In this document: one piece after another, positions 11,210 to 22,430 of the stretch
Layout: every line of letters begins with the position of its first letter
How positions within the stretch are numbered: position 1 is the stretch's first letter
Assembly (NCBI RefSeq): GCF_020745735.1
Contig: NC_083427.1
Coordinates: 2,945,438-3,009,437, forward strand
From: Hemiscyllium ocellatum
Lineage: Eukaryota
Direction of reading: 5' to 3'
Length of the DNA stretch: 64,000 bases
Program-made: the position numbers and the translations under genes
Notes under the pieces: model-generated
Told to the model about the DNA's origin: nothing
The model's database searches: none
The model's input: the letters and a program-made list of their open reading frames with translations, nothing else

Positions 11210-11990
11210 CAACCCTGATCCGCCCTCAGCGCGCCCCCTCGCCCCATTCATTCCTAATGTTTGGAGGACCATCCGAGCCCGCTTGGTCCTCCAGCCCCGC
11301 CCCTCATTCTCACCGATTGTTTGAGGACTCGCCTCCCCCTCCCCTGGTCCTCCAGCACCGCCCCCTCCCCCCCATTCATTCCTATTGTTTGGAGGACCAG
11401 CCTGTCCCGGTTGGTCATCCAGCCCCGCCCCACACAATTGTTCGGCGGACCCAGCCACAGCCAATTGCTCCTCTAGCCCCTCCCCCTCCCCACTCTCTCA
11501 TTGGTCCAGGGCCACCGTCAATCTCGCAACGGCGATCCGGTGCATGCGCAAAGCAGGTCGGTAGTACGCGTGCCCGGGATGACGAGCGGGGCGCTTTGTG
11601 CTCCTCCTCCTCCTCTGCGACCGGGTTAGTCGCGGTCAAGTGGAGGGCGTCGTTTCTGCGCCTCGGGCGGTGGGGAAGGCCTTCTCGACACTCGGTGTCG
11701 GTCTCGAACCTCAATTTAAAGCAAGTTGCGGCGTTTCGGCCAGCGGGTGATGGTTGAAATGTTTCTCTCGGCAGCTGCGCTTTAGTCCGGCCCGCCATCT
11801 TTAACGGCAGGAGCACGCGGCGGCGCCTGAGGCCCCACCCCTCAGACCCCGGTCGAATGTTGGGGTGATCAGGCCCGTCATCAGTCTTCCAGCCCCGGCC
11901 CGCTCGTTCCGATTGGACGAGATCACATGTCAATCACTACAGAGTCATTGTGAGGTGAGCGTGCGCACTCCATCTCCACCTTCAAGTGGG
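11210..11990 (+). promoter_or_regulatory. CpG-island promoter / first exon of ZNF gene 1
   Basis: High CpG density, GC boxes (CCGCCCC), CCAAT/ATTGG boxes, NRF1-like TGCATGCGCA at 11541, YY1 consensus CCGCCATCTT at 11792-11801, and candidate donor GAG|GTGAGC at 11954/11955. Confidence 0.75.
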
Positions 11991-12100
11991 CAATGCAGAC
12001 TGGTACCTTGGATATTGTCCAGGCAGCATCCCAGGAGCAGGAGAATTGAAGTTTCGGGCAAAAGCAACTCATCAGGATCCATCGGATGCATCAAGTTGAC

Positions 12101-12414
12101 TAGATTAGATTAGACTTACAGTGTGGAAACAGGCCCTTCGGCCCAACAAGTCCACACCGACCCGCCGAAGCGCAACCCACCCATACCCCTACATTTACCC
12201 CTTACCTAACACTACGGGCAATTTAGCTTGGCCAATTCACCTGACCCGCACATCTTTGGACTGTGGGAGGAAACCGGAGCACCCGGAGGAAACCCACGCA
12301 GACACAGGGAGAACGTGCAAACTCCACACAGTCAGTCACCTGAGTCGGGAATTGAACCCAGGTCTACAGGCGCTGTGAGGCAGCAGTGCTAACCACTGTG
12401 CCACCGTGCCGCCC
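12101..12414 (-). mobile_element. HE1-type SINE, full length
   Basis: Near-identical to 587-893, with a (TCTAA)n tail. Confidence 0.9.
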
Positions 12415-12655
12415 AGGAGAGTCAGGAGAGTTTCTGTTCCTGGACTGACAGTAATAACTCATGTTTGTAAGGTATAGGAGCAAGACCAGGGCGATAAGCC
12501 CATTGGGTCGGCTGTGCCTTTCGATCCTGGGTGAGGTTTTCCTTGCTCTCCATTTTCCTGCCCTTTCCCCATAATCCTTCAATGCCTTACCAATTAAAAA
12601 TCTGTCTAACCCCCTCTTACTTTGACACAATGTCCCAGCATCCCACCGCACCTTC

Positions 12656-12937
12656 ATAGAATTCCTACAGTGTGGAAACAGGCCATTTGGCAAAAAAACC
12701 CCACTTCGACCGTCCGAAGAGTAATCCACGCAGACCCATTTCCCGATCTTATCACTACGTTTCCCTTGAGTAATGCATCCAGTGTAAACATCCCTATGCA
12801 CCATGGGCAACTTAGCATAGCCAATCCACCAAGCGTGCATGTTTTTGGACTGTGGGAAGAAACCCACGCGGATGGGGAAGAATGTGCAAACTCCACCAAG
12901 ACAGTTGCTTGAGGCTGGAATTGAAATGGGTCCCTGA
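12656..12937 (-). mobile_element. Older HE1-related SINE
   Basis: Shares cctacagtgtggaaacaggcc and gtgcaaactcca motifs but is more diverged. Confidence 0.7.
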
Positions 12938-14465
12938 CCCCTTTGGGATAGCAAATTCCACAGACTCACAACCTTTGGGAGAAGTGGTTTCCTCACCTTT
13001 CTTTAAATTTGCTATCCCTTATCCTAACATAATGACCTCTCATCCTGGAATGCTCCACAAAATGAAGCATCTGCTCTATTTTATGCCTTTTGTCATTTTG
13101 AATACCTCAATTGATCTCCCTCATTTTTCTAAATTCCAGGAAGTATTGGTTGAAACTGTTCAATTTCTTTTCAATATGTCAAACCCCTCCTCTCTGGGAT
13201 TAATCTTGTCACAGTCATAGAGATGTACAGCATGGAAACATACCTTGCAGTCCAACCCGTCCATGCCGACTAGATATCCCAACCCAATCTAGTCCCACGA
13301 GCCCATATCACTCCAAACCCTTCCTATTCATACACCCATCCAAATGCCTTTTAAATGTTACAATTGTACCAGCCTCCACCACTTCTCTAGCAGCTCATTC
13401 CATACATGTACCACCCACTGTGTGATAAAGTTGCCCTTTAGGTCTCTTTTATATCTTTCCCCTCTCACCCTAAACCTATGCCCTCTAGTTCTGGACTGCC
13501 CGACCCCAGGGAAAAGACTTTGCCTATTTGCCCTATCCATGCCCCTCATAATTTTGTAAACCTCTATAAAGTCACCCCTCAGTCTCCGATGCTCCAGGGA
13601 AAACAGCCCCAGTCTGTTCAGCCTCTCCCTATAGCTCAAATCCTCCAACACTGGCAACATCCTTGTAAACCTTTTCTGAACCCTTTCAAGTTTCGCAACA
13701 TCTTTCTGATAGGAAGGACACCAGAATTACATGCAATATTCCAACAATGGCCTAACCAATATCCTGTACAGCTGCAACATGACTTCTCAACTCCTTGTGA
13801 ACCTGCCCTGAACTGCCTCTAATGCCCCTACATCTTTCCTCAAATAAGTGGTCCAAAACTGCAAACAATACCCCAGGTGCAGTCTCACTAATACCTTGTA
13901 CAGTTGCAACAATATTTCCTTACCTTTATATTTTATTCCTTTAGCTGTAAAAGCCTATATGTCATTGGCTTTCTTTATTATCTGTACCTGCATGCTAGTT
14001 TTCTGTGACTCATGAACAAGGACAGCCAAATCCCTCTGCACCAGAGCACCTCAAATTCTCTCCCCATTGAGATAATAGATTGCCTTCCAATTTTTTTGAC
14101 TAAAATACATGACTTCACACTTTGTCAATTTTAAACTCACATTTTGGTCTACTCTCGTAACCCATCTATATCTATTTCTAACATCTTTGGAATTTATTGT
14201 CCCACCTATTTTTCTGTCATCTGCAAATTTGGCTCTAGAGGTTTCTATCCCTGTATCCAATTCATCAATATAGATTGTAAATAGCTGGGGTCTAAGGACC
14301 AAACCGTGTGGTAAGCCACGAGTGACATTTTGCTATCCAGAAAAAAAACATTAATCCTGATACACTCTCCATCAGCCAGTCATCAATCCAAGCTCATAAA
14401 TTAGCCTGAATCCCATTTGATCCAACCTTGTGAATACATCTTTTCTGTGGCACCTTATCAAATGA

Positions 14466-14778
14466 GGCATGGTTGCACAGTGGTTAGCACAGCTCCCTCA
14501 CAGCGCCAGAGACCCAGGTTCAATTCCCGTCTCAGGCGACTGACTGTGTAGAATTTGCACATTTTCCCCATGTCTGCGTGGGTTTCCTCCGGGTGCTCCG
14601 GTTTCCTCCCACAATCCAAAAATGTGCAGGAATTGATCATGCTAAATTGCCCATTGTGTTAGGTGAAGGGCTAAATGTAGGGGAATGGGTCTGGGTGGGT
14701 TGTGCTTTGGCGGGTCATTGTGGACTTGTTGGGCTGAATGGCCTGTTCCCACACTGTAATTAAGTAAGTAATCTAATC
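14466..14778 (+). mobile_element. HE1-type SINE
   Basis: ggcatggttgcacagtggttagcac head. Its 3' half marks the left edge of the segmental duplication. Confidence 0.88.
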
Positions 14779-15897
14779 AAAAATGCCTTCCAGAAATTCA
14801 GATGTATTATTTTCACTTTGCTTGTTACATCTTTGAAGAAATCTAGCAAATTAATCAAACGTGATTTGCCCTTCATAAACCGTGCTGATTCTAATGGAAA
14901 GTATTTTGACTTTCCAAATGACCTGATATTACTTCCTTAATAACTGATTCTAACACTTTCCCAACAACAGATTTAAATTAACTTCCCACATTTTGCCTGC
15001 TTCCCTTTTTGAATAAGAGTGTTACATTAGCATTTTTCCAATCCGCTGGAACCTTTCCCGTGTCCAGGAAATTTCGGAATACTGTAACCAATGGATCCAC
15101 GATCTCCACCGTGCCTTCCTTTAATCCCTTGGGATATAGTCCATCCGACCCAGGGGATTTGTCTGCCCTCAATCCTAACAGTTTGCTGAGTATCTTTTCC
15201 CTATCGGCGTTGATTGTTCCCTTTCTGTTGCCTTGTCCATTCCAACAGAAATGGCACTATTGTCCTCCTCCATAAAAACTGAAGCAAGGTATTGATTTAA
15301 CACCTCTGCCATTGCAGTATTCCTCACAATTAATTCTCTGGTTTCATCTTCCAAGGGACCAGCATTCACCTTGGGGACTCTCTTGCTTTTTTTATACCTA
15401 TAGAAGCTTTTGCTATCCTTTTTTGGTGTTTTGTGCTAGTTTTCTTTTGTAATTTACCTTAACCTATTTTTGTTAATTTTTTACTATGCCTTTGTTTATG
15501 TTTGAAAGTTTCCCAATCTTCTGGCCTGTTATTGGCCTTTGCAATGTGGTATACCTTAGTTTTTGACTTTATATTGTTCTTGATCGCCTTGTTTGGCTGT
15601 GAATTCTTTTACCACGCCCCCCTCACGCCATCTTTCTTCCTTATTGGGATGTACTTTAATTGTGAGGAATTGAGTAGCTCCTAAAAAATCTGCCACTGAG
15701 CATGCACAGTCTTACCTTTTAGCCTTCCTGCCAAATCTTTGGGCCAAATCCGTCCTCATACCTATGTAATTTCCTTTGTTTAATTCCAGAACGTTACTGA
15801 GGGACTCCATGTCCTCTCCCCCCAAACTGAATTTTGAATTCTGTCGTACTATGGTCATTAGTCCCTACAGGATCCTTAACTATGATGTCACCAATTA

Positions 15898-16206
15898 GAT
15901 TAGATTACTTACAGTGTGGAAACAGGTCCTTTGGCCCAACAAGTCCACACCGACCCCCCGAAGCGCAACTCACCCATACTCCTACATTTACCCCTTACCT
16001 AACATTACGGGCAATTTAGCATGGCCAATTCACCTGACCGCACATCTTTGGACTGTGGGAGGAAACCAGAGCACCCGGAGGAAACCCACGCAGACACGGG
16101 GAGAACATGCAAACTCCACACAGTCTGTCGCCTGAGTCGGGAATTGAACCCGGGTCTCAGGCGCTGTGAGACAGCAGTGCTAACCACTGTGCCACCGTGC
16201 CGCCCA
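15898..16206 (-). mobile_element. HE1-type SINE specific to duplication copy 1, 6-bp TSD CAATTA
   Basis: CAATTA at 15892-15897 and 16207-16212. The empty site gtcaccaattaatctc is at ~33145-33160. Confidence 0.92.
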
Positions 16207-18247
16207 CAATTAATCTCTCCTCCTTCCACGATACCAAATCCAGAGTAGCCTGCTCCTTGGTTGGTTCCACAACATGCTGCTCCAAGAAACAATCTCCAAA
16301 ACAATCGATGAACACTGCCTCCAGGCTATTCTTGCCAAGTTGAGTCTTTTGTGCATGATTATTGCTGTACCTTTCTTGTAAGCCTCCAATATTTCCTGGT
16401 TTATAGTGTACCCCACTGTGGATCCACTATTTGGGGATCTATAGATTACGAGGAGAAAGTGAAGACTGCAGATGCTGGAGATCAGAGCTGAAAATGTGTT
16501 GCTGGAAAAGATAGATTACTCCTACCAAGTACTGCTGCCCTTTTATTATTTCTTATTTTTACCCAGACAAATTCCATATCTTGATCACCAGTGCTTATGC
16601 CATTTCCCATTCTAGCACTGAAGCCTTGCTTCACCAGCAAATCTACACCACCTCCTTTTCCTTTCAGTTTATCTTTCCGAAATGCTGAGTAAACTTGGAT
16701 ATTCAGTTCCCAGACCTGGTCTCCTTGTAACCATGTCTTAGTATTGCTACCAAATCATACCCTTTTGTTTCTATTGAATGCTTCGTGCGTTTGGATACAA
16801 GGTCTTTACATTTGTTTTACTGGTAAATTTCCCTAATTTTATTTAATAATACCTTGGTGCATAAAGACATTCATTTGTTCTGTTCCCCCACCTTTATTGT
16901 CTGATAACCAGCTGCCGCTTTGCTGACCTGCACTCTTACCTCCTCTTTTAATTTGGGTTTTCTAATTCTAATTTCTCCTACAACTGAACCCAACCCCCGT
17001 TTAGTTTAAAGCTCTGTGTACAGCCCTAGGTATGTGATTTGGTGGGATTGTGTTCCCAGCAAGATTCAGATGAAGACTGTCCTATTGGAACAGGTTCCTT
17101 GTTCCCCAGTATTGGTGCCAATGTCCCATGAATTCAAACCCATTTCTCCCACACCAGTCTTGAAGTCACGCATTTATCTGCTTAATCTTATTGATCCTGT
17201 ACCAATTAGCTTGTGGCTCAGGTAGTAACCAGAGATTATTACCTTTTTTGGTTCTTCTTTTTAGTTTAGGTCCTAGCTGTTAATGTTCCCTGAGCAGCAC
17301 CTCTGCCCTAGTTTTATCTATGTTGTTGGTACCTACATGGATCACGACCATTGAATCTTTACCCTCCCACTCTAAGTTCCTCTGCAGCCCAGATGAGATA
17401 TCCTGAACCTGAGCACAGGTAGGCAACACAACCTTTGGGACTTGTGATCCTGGTCACAGAGAACAGTGTCCATACTCCGAACTGTACTATCCTGAATTAC
17501 AACTACATTTCTCTCCCACCACTTGAATGGCTCCCTGATCCCTGTGGGGCCAGAGTGAGGACTGCAGATTCTGGAAACCAGAGTTTAGATCAAAGTGGTG
17601 CTGATGAAGGGCTTTTGCGTGAAAGGTCGATTTTTTTCCTGCTCCTCGGATGCTGCCTGACCTGCTATGCTTTTCCAGCACCACTCTGATCTTACCCGTG
17701 ATCCCTGCAGTCAGTTGGCTCATCCTCCCTGCAGTCCCCATTCCTGTCCACTGAGGGAGCAAGACTCCTGAACCTGTTGGACAAGGACAAAGGCTGAGGC
17801 TACTGCAACTCTACCACCTGGTGCCCTCTGTCTGCCTTACTCTCAGCCACACACTCCTGTCCCTGACCACAGGCTGAATTTGAGTTAGTTAGTCTCGGGG
17901 GTGTGACTGTCTCCTGCATCACAGCATCCAGGTAACTCTTCTTCCTCCCTGATGTGTCACAATATTTGAAGCTCAGACTCTAGCTTATTTACTCTGAGGT
18001 GGAATTCGTCCAGCAGACGTGGTCACTGGGATCCAAAATGGGGTCCACCAGCTCCCACATCATGTAGGAACAGCACATCACCTGACCCTCCATTTTTATT
18101 TAATTAGTTTTGAGTTTGCTTTTTAAAAATGTTTTAGCTGTTTTTATACCTGTGCTTATTAGCTCAATCTGAATGCGTGTTGGAACCAATAATTTAACAA
18201 AGATTCAATTCAACACCGATTCAAACTTCTGTGAACTGCTTTTCCAG

Positions 18248-18357
18248 GGTGTTGCAAGTGGAGGATTTGCAGATAGAACCTGGAGTCCAATCATCACAAC
18301 ACACTCTGAAAGAAGCACTCGATTCACCAGGATCTGAAATATCATCTGTCTTTGAGT
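18248..18357 (+). other. Candidate internal 5' exon of ZNF gene 1
   Basis: ttttccag|GGTGTTGCAAG...TTTGAGT|gtaagt. Homologous to the 5' end of the ZNF terminal exons (ggatttgcag...gattcaccaggatctgaa). Confidence 0.55.
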
Positions 18358-19546
18358 GTAAGTATTGAGTTGCAGGCCATTTCCACTCACTGTGTTTAAA
18401 AAAAAGAAAGCTCTTGCTAACATCTCAGTTGCTTTCCTTACTGCCAAAAATCTTAATCCTGAGTTCCAAATTCATTTTACAATCAATCGTTTTTCTTTAA
18501 CTGCCTTATTTAAACATGTCAGAACTACTGTATTAGCAAATCGCTCCTTAATCTCCTTGGTTCCAAGGTGAACAACTCCAGTTTCTCCAACCTAACCTTG
18601 CAATTAAAATCTCATTCCTCAAATTGTTCTGGCAAATCTCCTTTGAACCTCTGTCATATCTTTAGTAATGCAATTATCATTGGTTTGTGCACATCCAAAT
18701 GCTCTGGGTTAACGAGTGGGATGATATTGCACCCCAATAATTGTGTAACAACATGGCATTACTTCATGGCCATTTCCTGACTTGTGGGATTTATGGAATT
18801 AAGGAAAAAAAGATTATCATTTAAAGTGTAAATGACTGCAGAAACCGGAGGAAGAAAGTTGCCCTAGAGCATGAATCACATGAAGTAGTATATCACATGA
18901 GTACTAATGGGATGAAATCCTTTACTTTGAGTGGAATTGAATTTAAACATAAGGAATTTATACTTTGGGTAGACAGGGCATTGTTGAGACCACTGTGTGA
19001 ACAGCCTGCGCTGTTTTGGTCTCCTTATTTTGGCAAAGATGTATGGAAAGAAGGTGATTCAACGGACGTTTACTAGATTGAAAGCTAAACTAAGAGACTT
19101 ATGAGCATAGTTTGGACAGTTTAGGCTTGTTGCTGCACTTTAGAAGATTGAAGGGTGATTTTATTGAAGTGTAAAAAGCACTGAATGATCTTGACAAATG
19201 TGGATGCGGAAAAGATGTTTCCTCTTGCAGGTTGGTCAAGCATAAGCAGACACTGTTTAAAAATAAGGGGTCCACCTTTGTAGGACAGAGGAGAATATTT
19301 TTTCTGAGGCTTGTACAACTTTGCAAACTCTGAAAGGCAGTAGAAGCAGGGTGATTGAGTATTTTGAAGATAAAGGTGGCTAGTTTCATGCCAGGCAAGG
19401 TAATCAATGATTACCAGTGATAGATGGGAATGTACAATTTAAAACAACAGATCAAAAGTGATCTCATTGAGCAGTGGAGCAGGTTTAAGGGGGTGAATGA
19501 TTTGTTTTGTAGTTCATTTGACTCTGGTCCTTCTGTTCCTTTCCAG

Positions 19547-19598
19547 CCTCGGCCTCCAGTTAGAAATGTTAAAGCTGAAAGCGAGAATTGTTACAGAG
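19547..19598 (+). other. Candidate 52-nt exon of ZNF gene 1 with ATG at 19566
   Basis: Pyrimidine tract cttctgttcctttccag| and donor GAG|gtgagt. The exon is identical at 34258-34309. Confidence 0.6.
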
Positions 19599-20323
19599 GT
19601 GAGTACTTTTACCCAGTTAATTTAGAACCTTTGATGCTATGCTCTGTTATCTGTGAGAAGTTTCATATCTCTGGGGATGGTGTTGCTGCTTTACTGTGGA
19701 TCTGAAACCAAGCCTGTCCATTGCTCTGTTTCATCCCTGCCATCCCTGATCACCTCTCTATACTTTTGAACTTTCTCTGTCTTGAATAGTAGGCATTTTT
19801 ATCTCTGTTAAGTAATTCACTGTTCTTCCAACTCTGTCTAGATGAGGTTATACATGGAGGAGGGGTGGGAATTTACAGTTTTGGGGAAATCAATCAAGGA
19901 AAGATTGTTCCATAAAAACTAGAATTGTCTGTTCTGAACTTCTATCCTGGACAGACAGTGATGGCTTTTGTAAACTGGTTTAACAGGGGGTAACAAAGAG
20001 AGGAATTATAGACAGGAAAATTAAAGCATTCGTCATTTCACAATCTGACCGATTCAATCAATTCATCAGGATCTGAATGTCATTGGCTTTTGACTTTGGA
20101 AGGAGAACATTTCCCAAGAATCGTGTCTGGAAAAACACAGAGAGACCCACCCAGGTGAGAGTGTTCCAGTGAACTAACCGTGGAAAGACCTTTAAGCAGT
20201 TACCCTGACAGGAATAAACAAAATCACAACGTTCTTATCCAGGAGAAACTCTGCACGCGTTGTCTGTGTGGATGAGGAATCCACTGATAATCCAGCCTGG
20301 AGCCAGACAAGGACACATGCGCC

Positions 20324-21250
20324 ACGGAGAAACCGTGGAAATGTGGCGACTGTGGGAAAGGGTTCGATTACCCATCCCAGCTGGAAATTCATCGACGCAC
20401 TCATACGGGGGAGAGACCGTTTATCTGTTCCAAGTGTGAGAAGGGATTCACGCATTTATCCAGCTTGCAGGCACATCAGAGAACTCACAACGGGGAGAGA
20501 CCATTCACCTGCTCTGTCTGTGGGAAGAGATTCACCCAGTCTTCCAACCTGCTGAGGCATCAGCGGGTTCACACCGGAGAGAGGCCATTCGCCTGTTCTG
20601 AATGTGGGAACGCCTTTACTCAGTTGTCCAACCTGCTGCAGCACCAGCGGGTTCACACAGACGAGAGACCTTTTAAATGCCTAGACTGTGCGAAGTGCTA
20701 TAAAAGCTCCAGGGAACTGTCATGCCACCAGCGTGTTCACACCAATGAGAGACCATTCAGATGCTCTTACTGCGGGTCTGGGTTCAGGCGATCGTCTCAA
20801 CTCACAGAGCACCAGCGAATTCACACCGGGGAGAGACCGTTCAGATGCTCAGAGTGTGGGAAGAGATTCACTCAGTCATCCAAGCTGTGGAGACACCAGC
20901 GTGTTCACTCTGATATGAGAGCTTTTAAATGCTCCGACTGTGAGGAGAGTTTTAAAAGCAGCAATGACCTGCTGAAACACCAGCGCATTCACACTGGGGA
21001 GAAGCTGTTCACCTGCTCCGAGTGTGGGAAGAGATTCACTCGGTCATTCACCTTGCTGAGACACCAACGACTTCATGCTGGGGAGAAGCTGTTCATCTGC
21101 TCCGAGTGTGGGAAGGACTCACTTGGTCATTCACCTTGTTGCAGCAGCAGCGAGTTCATTCCGAGGAAAGGCCGTTCACCTGATCTGTGTGTGGGAAGGG
21201 ATTCACTTGTTCTTCCCCCACAGCTGAGAGACTCACGAGTTCCTGTATAA
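20324..21250 (+). CDS. C2H2 zinc-finger protein, gene 1 (9 intact fingers then a frameshifted 10th); no in-frame ATG near the start, ACG at the family start position
   Basis: Frame is open from 20291 after TGA TAA. ACG GAG AAA CCG TGG AAA TGT reads (M)[13 protein letters not shown], followed by tandem CxxC..HxxxH fingers with TGERPF linkers. Acceptor tttaacag| at 19986/19987. Confidence 0.7.
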   Translation, partial: TEKPWKCGDCGKGFDYPSQLEIHRRTHTGERPFICSKCEKGFTHLSSLQAHQRTHNGERPFTCSVCGKRFTQSSNLLRHQRVHTGERPFACSECGNAFTQLSNLLQHQRVHTDERPFKCLDCAKCYKSSRELSCHQRVHTNERPFRCSYCGSGFRRSSQLTEHQRIHTGERPFRCSECGKRFTQSSKLWRHQRVHSDMRAFKCSDCEESFKSSNDLLKHQRIHTGEKLFTCSECGKRFTRSFTLLRHQRLHAGEKLFICSECGKDSLGHSPCCSSSEFIPRKGRSPDLCVGRDSLVLPPQLRDSRVPV

Positions 21251-21904
21251 CTGCAGGGGTTGGATTCTATTTTTGCTGCTGTCCATCAGCTGCAGGATTG
21301 AATGTAGGACTTAACTCTGATGTGGGAAAGAAATGAGCCTGAGCTGCGCTCTCACATGGTTCAGAGCTCCTAGACATGGAGCACACAGGCTCCTTTAAAA
21401 CTGGTTTTTGAGGTTGGTAAGAACAACGGGGAATGCTGGAAACATTCTTGAATCAGAAACTCGGATTGAACTTGGATTTGTTCCTGACTGAAAGTTGACC
21501 GTCCGAGAATGACTGTGGTCGCTATGGTCCGAGGATTTAAAATGTATGTGTGAATATTCCTGATTCTCCCAGTGTATGTAGGGGCTAAAGCAACAGCAAC
21601 TTGTATTTATGTAGAAACTTCCAGATTGATGCCTTAGGTTGATGCCTTTTCCTCTGAAGAGCCATGTACGTCAGTTATTTTGGGAAGAAAAATGTGTTGT
21701 TAACTCATGCTTGTTATCTTGTGCCACCTCAAATAATGTGTTATCTGGGAAATCAATGCTTTCCTGATTGCATTATATTTAATGGTGGGCTGACGAATCT
21801 TGACGTTATCGCTGAAGTATTCTGCTTCTGCGTGAATCTAAGTATGGCATCTGTCGGCATGAATACAGAGGGTAATCTTAATACGTGATTGCATCACCGA
21901 ATAA

Positions 21905-22430
21905 AGAATTAAACAGCCTGATGATATGCCTGGAATATTGTGTGCAGCTTGGTCTGCCTAATGAGGAAGGATGCGATTATCACGAAGGGAGTGTTTTGCC
22001 AGACTGATTCCTGGGATTGCGGGACTGGTAGATGAGCGGAGATTGATTCAGTTAGGGTTATGCTCACCGGACTTCAGAAGAATGATGAGGAATCTCATCG
22101 CATCTTTTAGGTTTCTAACAGGACTAGAGAGGGTAGGTACAGGAAGGATGTTCCTAATTCTGGGGGACATCCAGAACCAAGCAGTCCCGGTCTGGGGATA
22201 CAGGTTCAACCATTTCGGACTGAGATGAGGAGAAGTTCACCCAGAAGGTGGGGGAGCCTGTGAAACTCGCTGTCACGGAAAGCAATCAAGGCCAAAACAT
22301 TGAACAGTTTCAAGAAGGAATTAGATATAGCACTTGGGGTTAAAGGGATGAAATGATATGGGAGGGAAAGCATATTGAGATGGATTGCAGCCACGATTAT
22401 CATGAATGGTACAGTAGGCTGGAAGGGCTG
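21905..22430 (+). mobile_element. CR1 LINE 3' fragment
   Basis: ORF 21971-22228 (ERRLIQLGLCSPDFRRM). Mostly deleted in duplication copy 2. Confidence 0.7.

Larger units (their letters stand above)
13213..18100 (-). mobile_element. Long decayed CR1 LINE region (ORF2 C-terminus, RT, endonuclease and ORF1-side remnants) interrupted by SINEs and Penelope termini
   Basis: ORFs 13358-13660 (RLNRLGLFSLEHRRLRGDFIEVYKIM), 14051-14302 (LFTIYIDELD..KFADD), 14978-15172 (DKSPGSDGLYP...DWKNANVTLLFKKG). It may comprise more than one insertion. Confidence 0.8.

Noticed and set aside
11240-11495. CRISPR-like repeat/spacer array
   Set aside because: Units are degenerate, of eukaryotic promoter type, and there are no cas genes; this is vertebrate DNA.
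11146-11933. Pro/Gly-rich ORFs (203 aa +, 172 aa -)
   Set aside because: Expected by-product of a GC-rich CpG island with few stops; no domain signature.
19987-20323. KRAB, SCAN or BTB effector domain upstream of the fingers
   Set aside because: No such motif was found. The region holds only stop-ridden fossil finger sequence (VRVFQ*...GKTFKQL).
20192-20918. Alternative-frame and antisense ORFs over the ZNF exons (also 34906-35697 and 57408-59356)
   Set aside because: Shadow frames of the repetitive finger codons, with no independent evidence.
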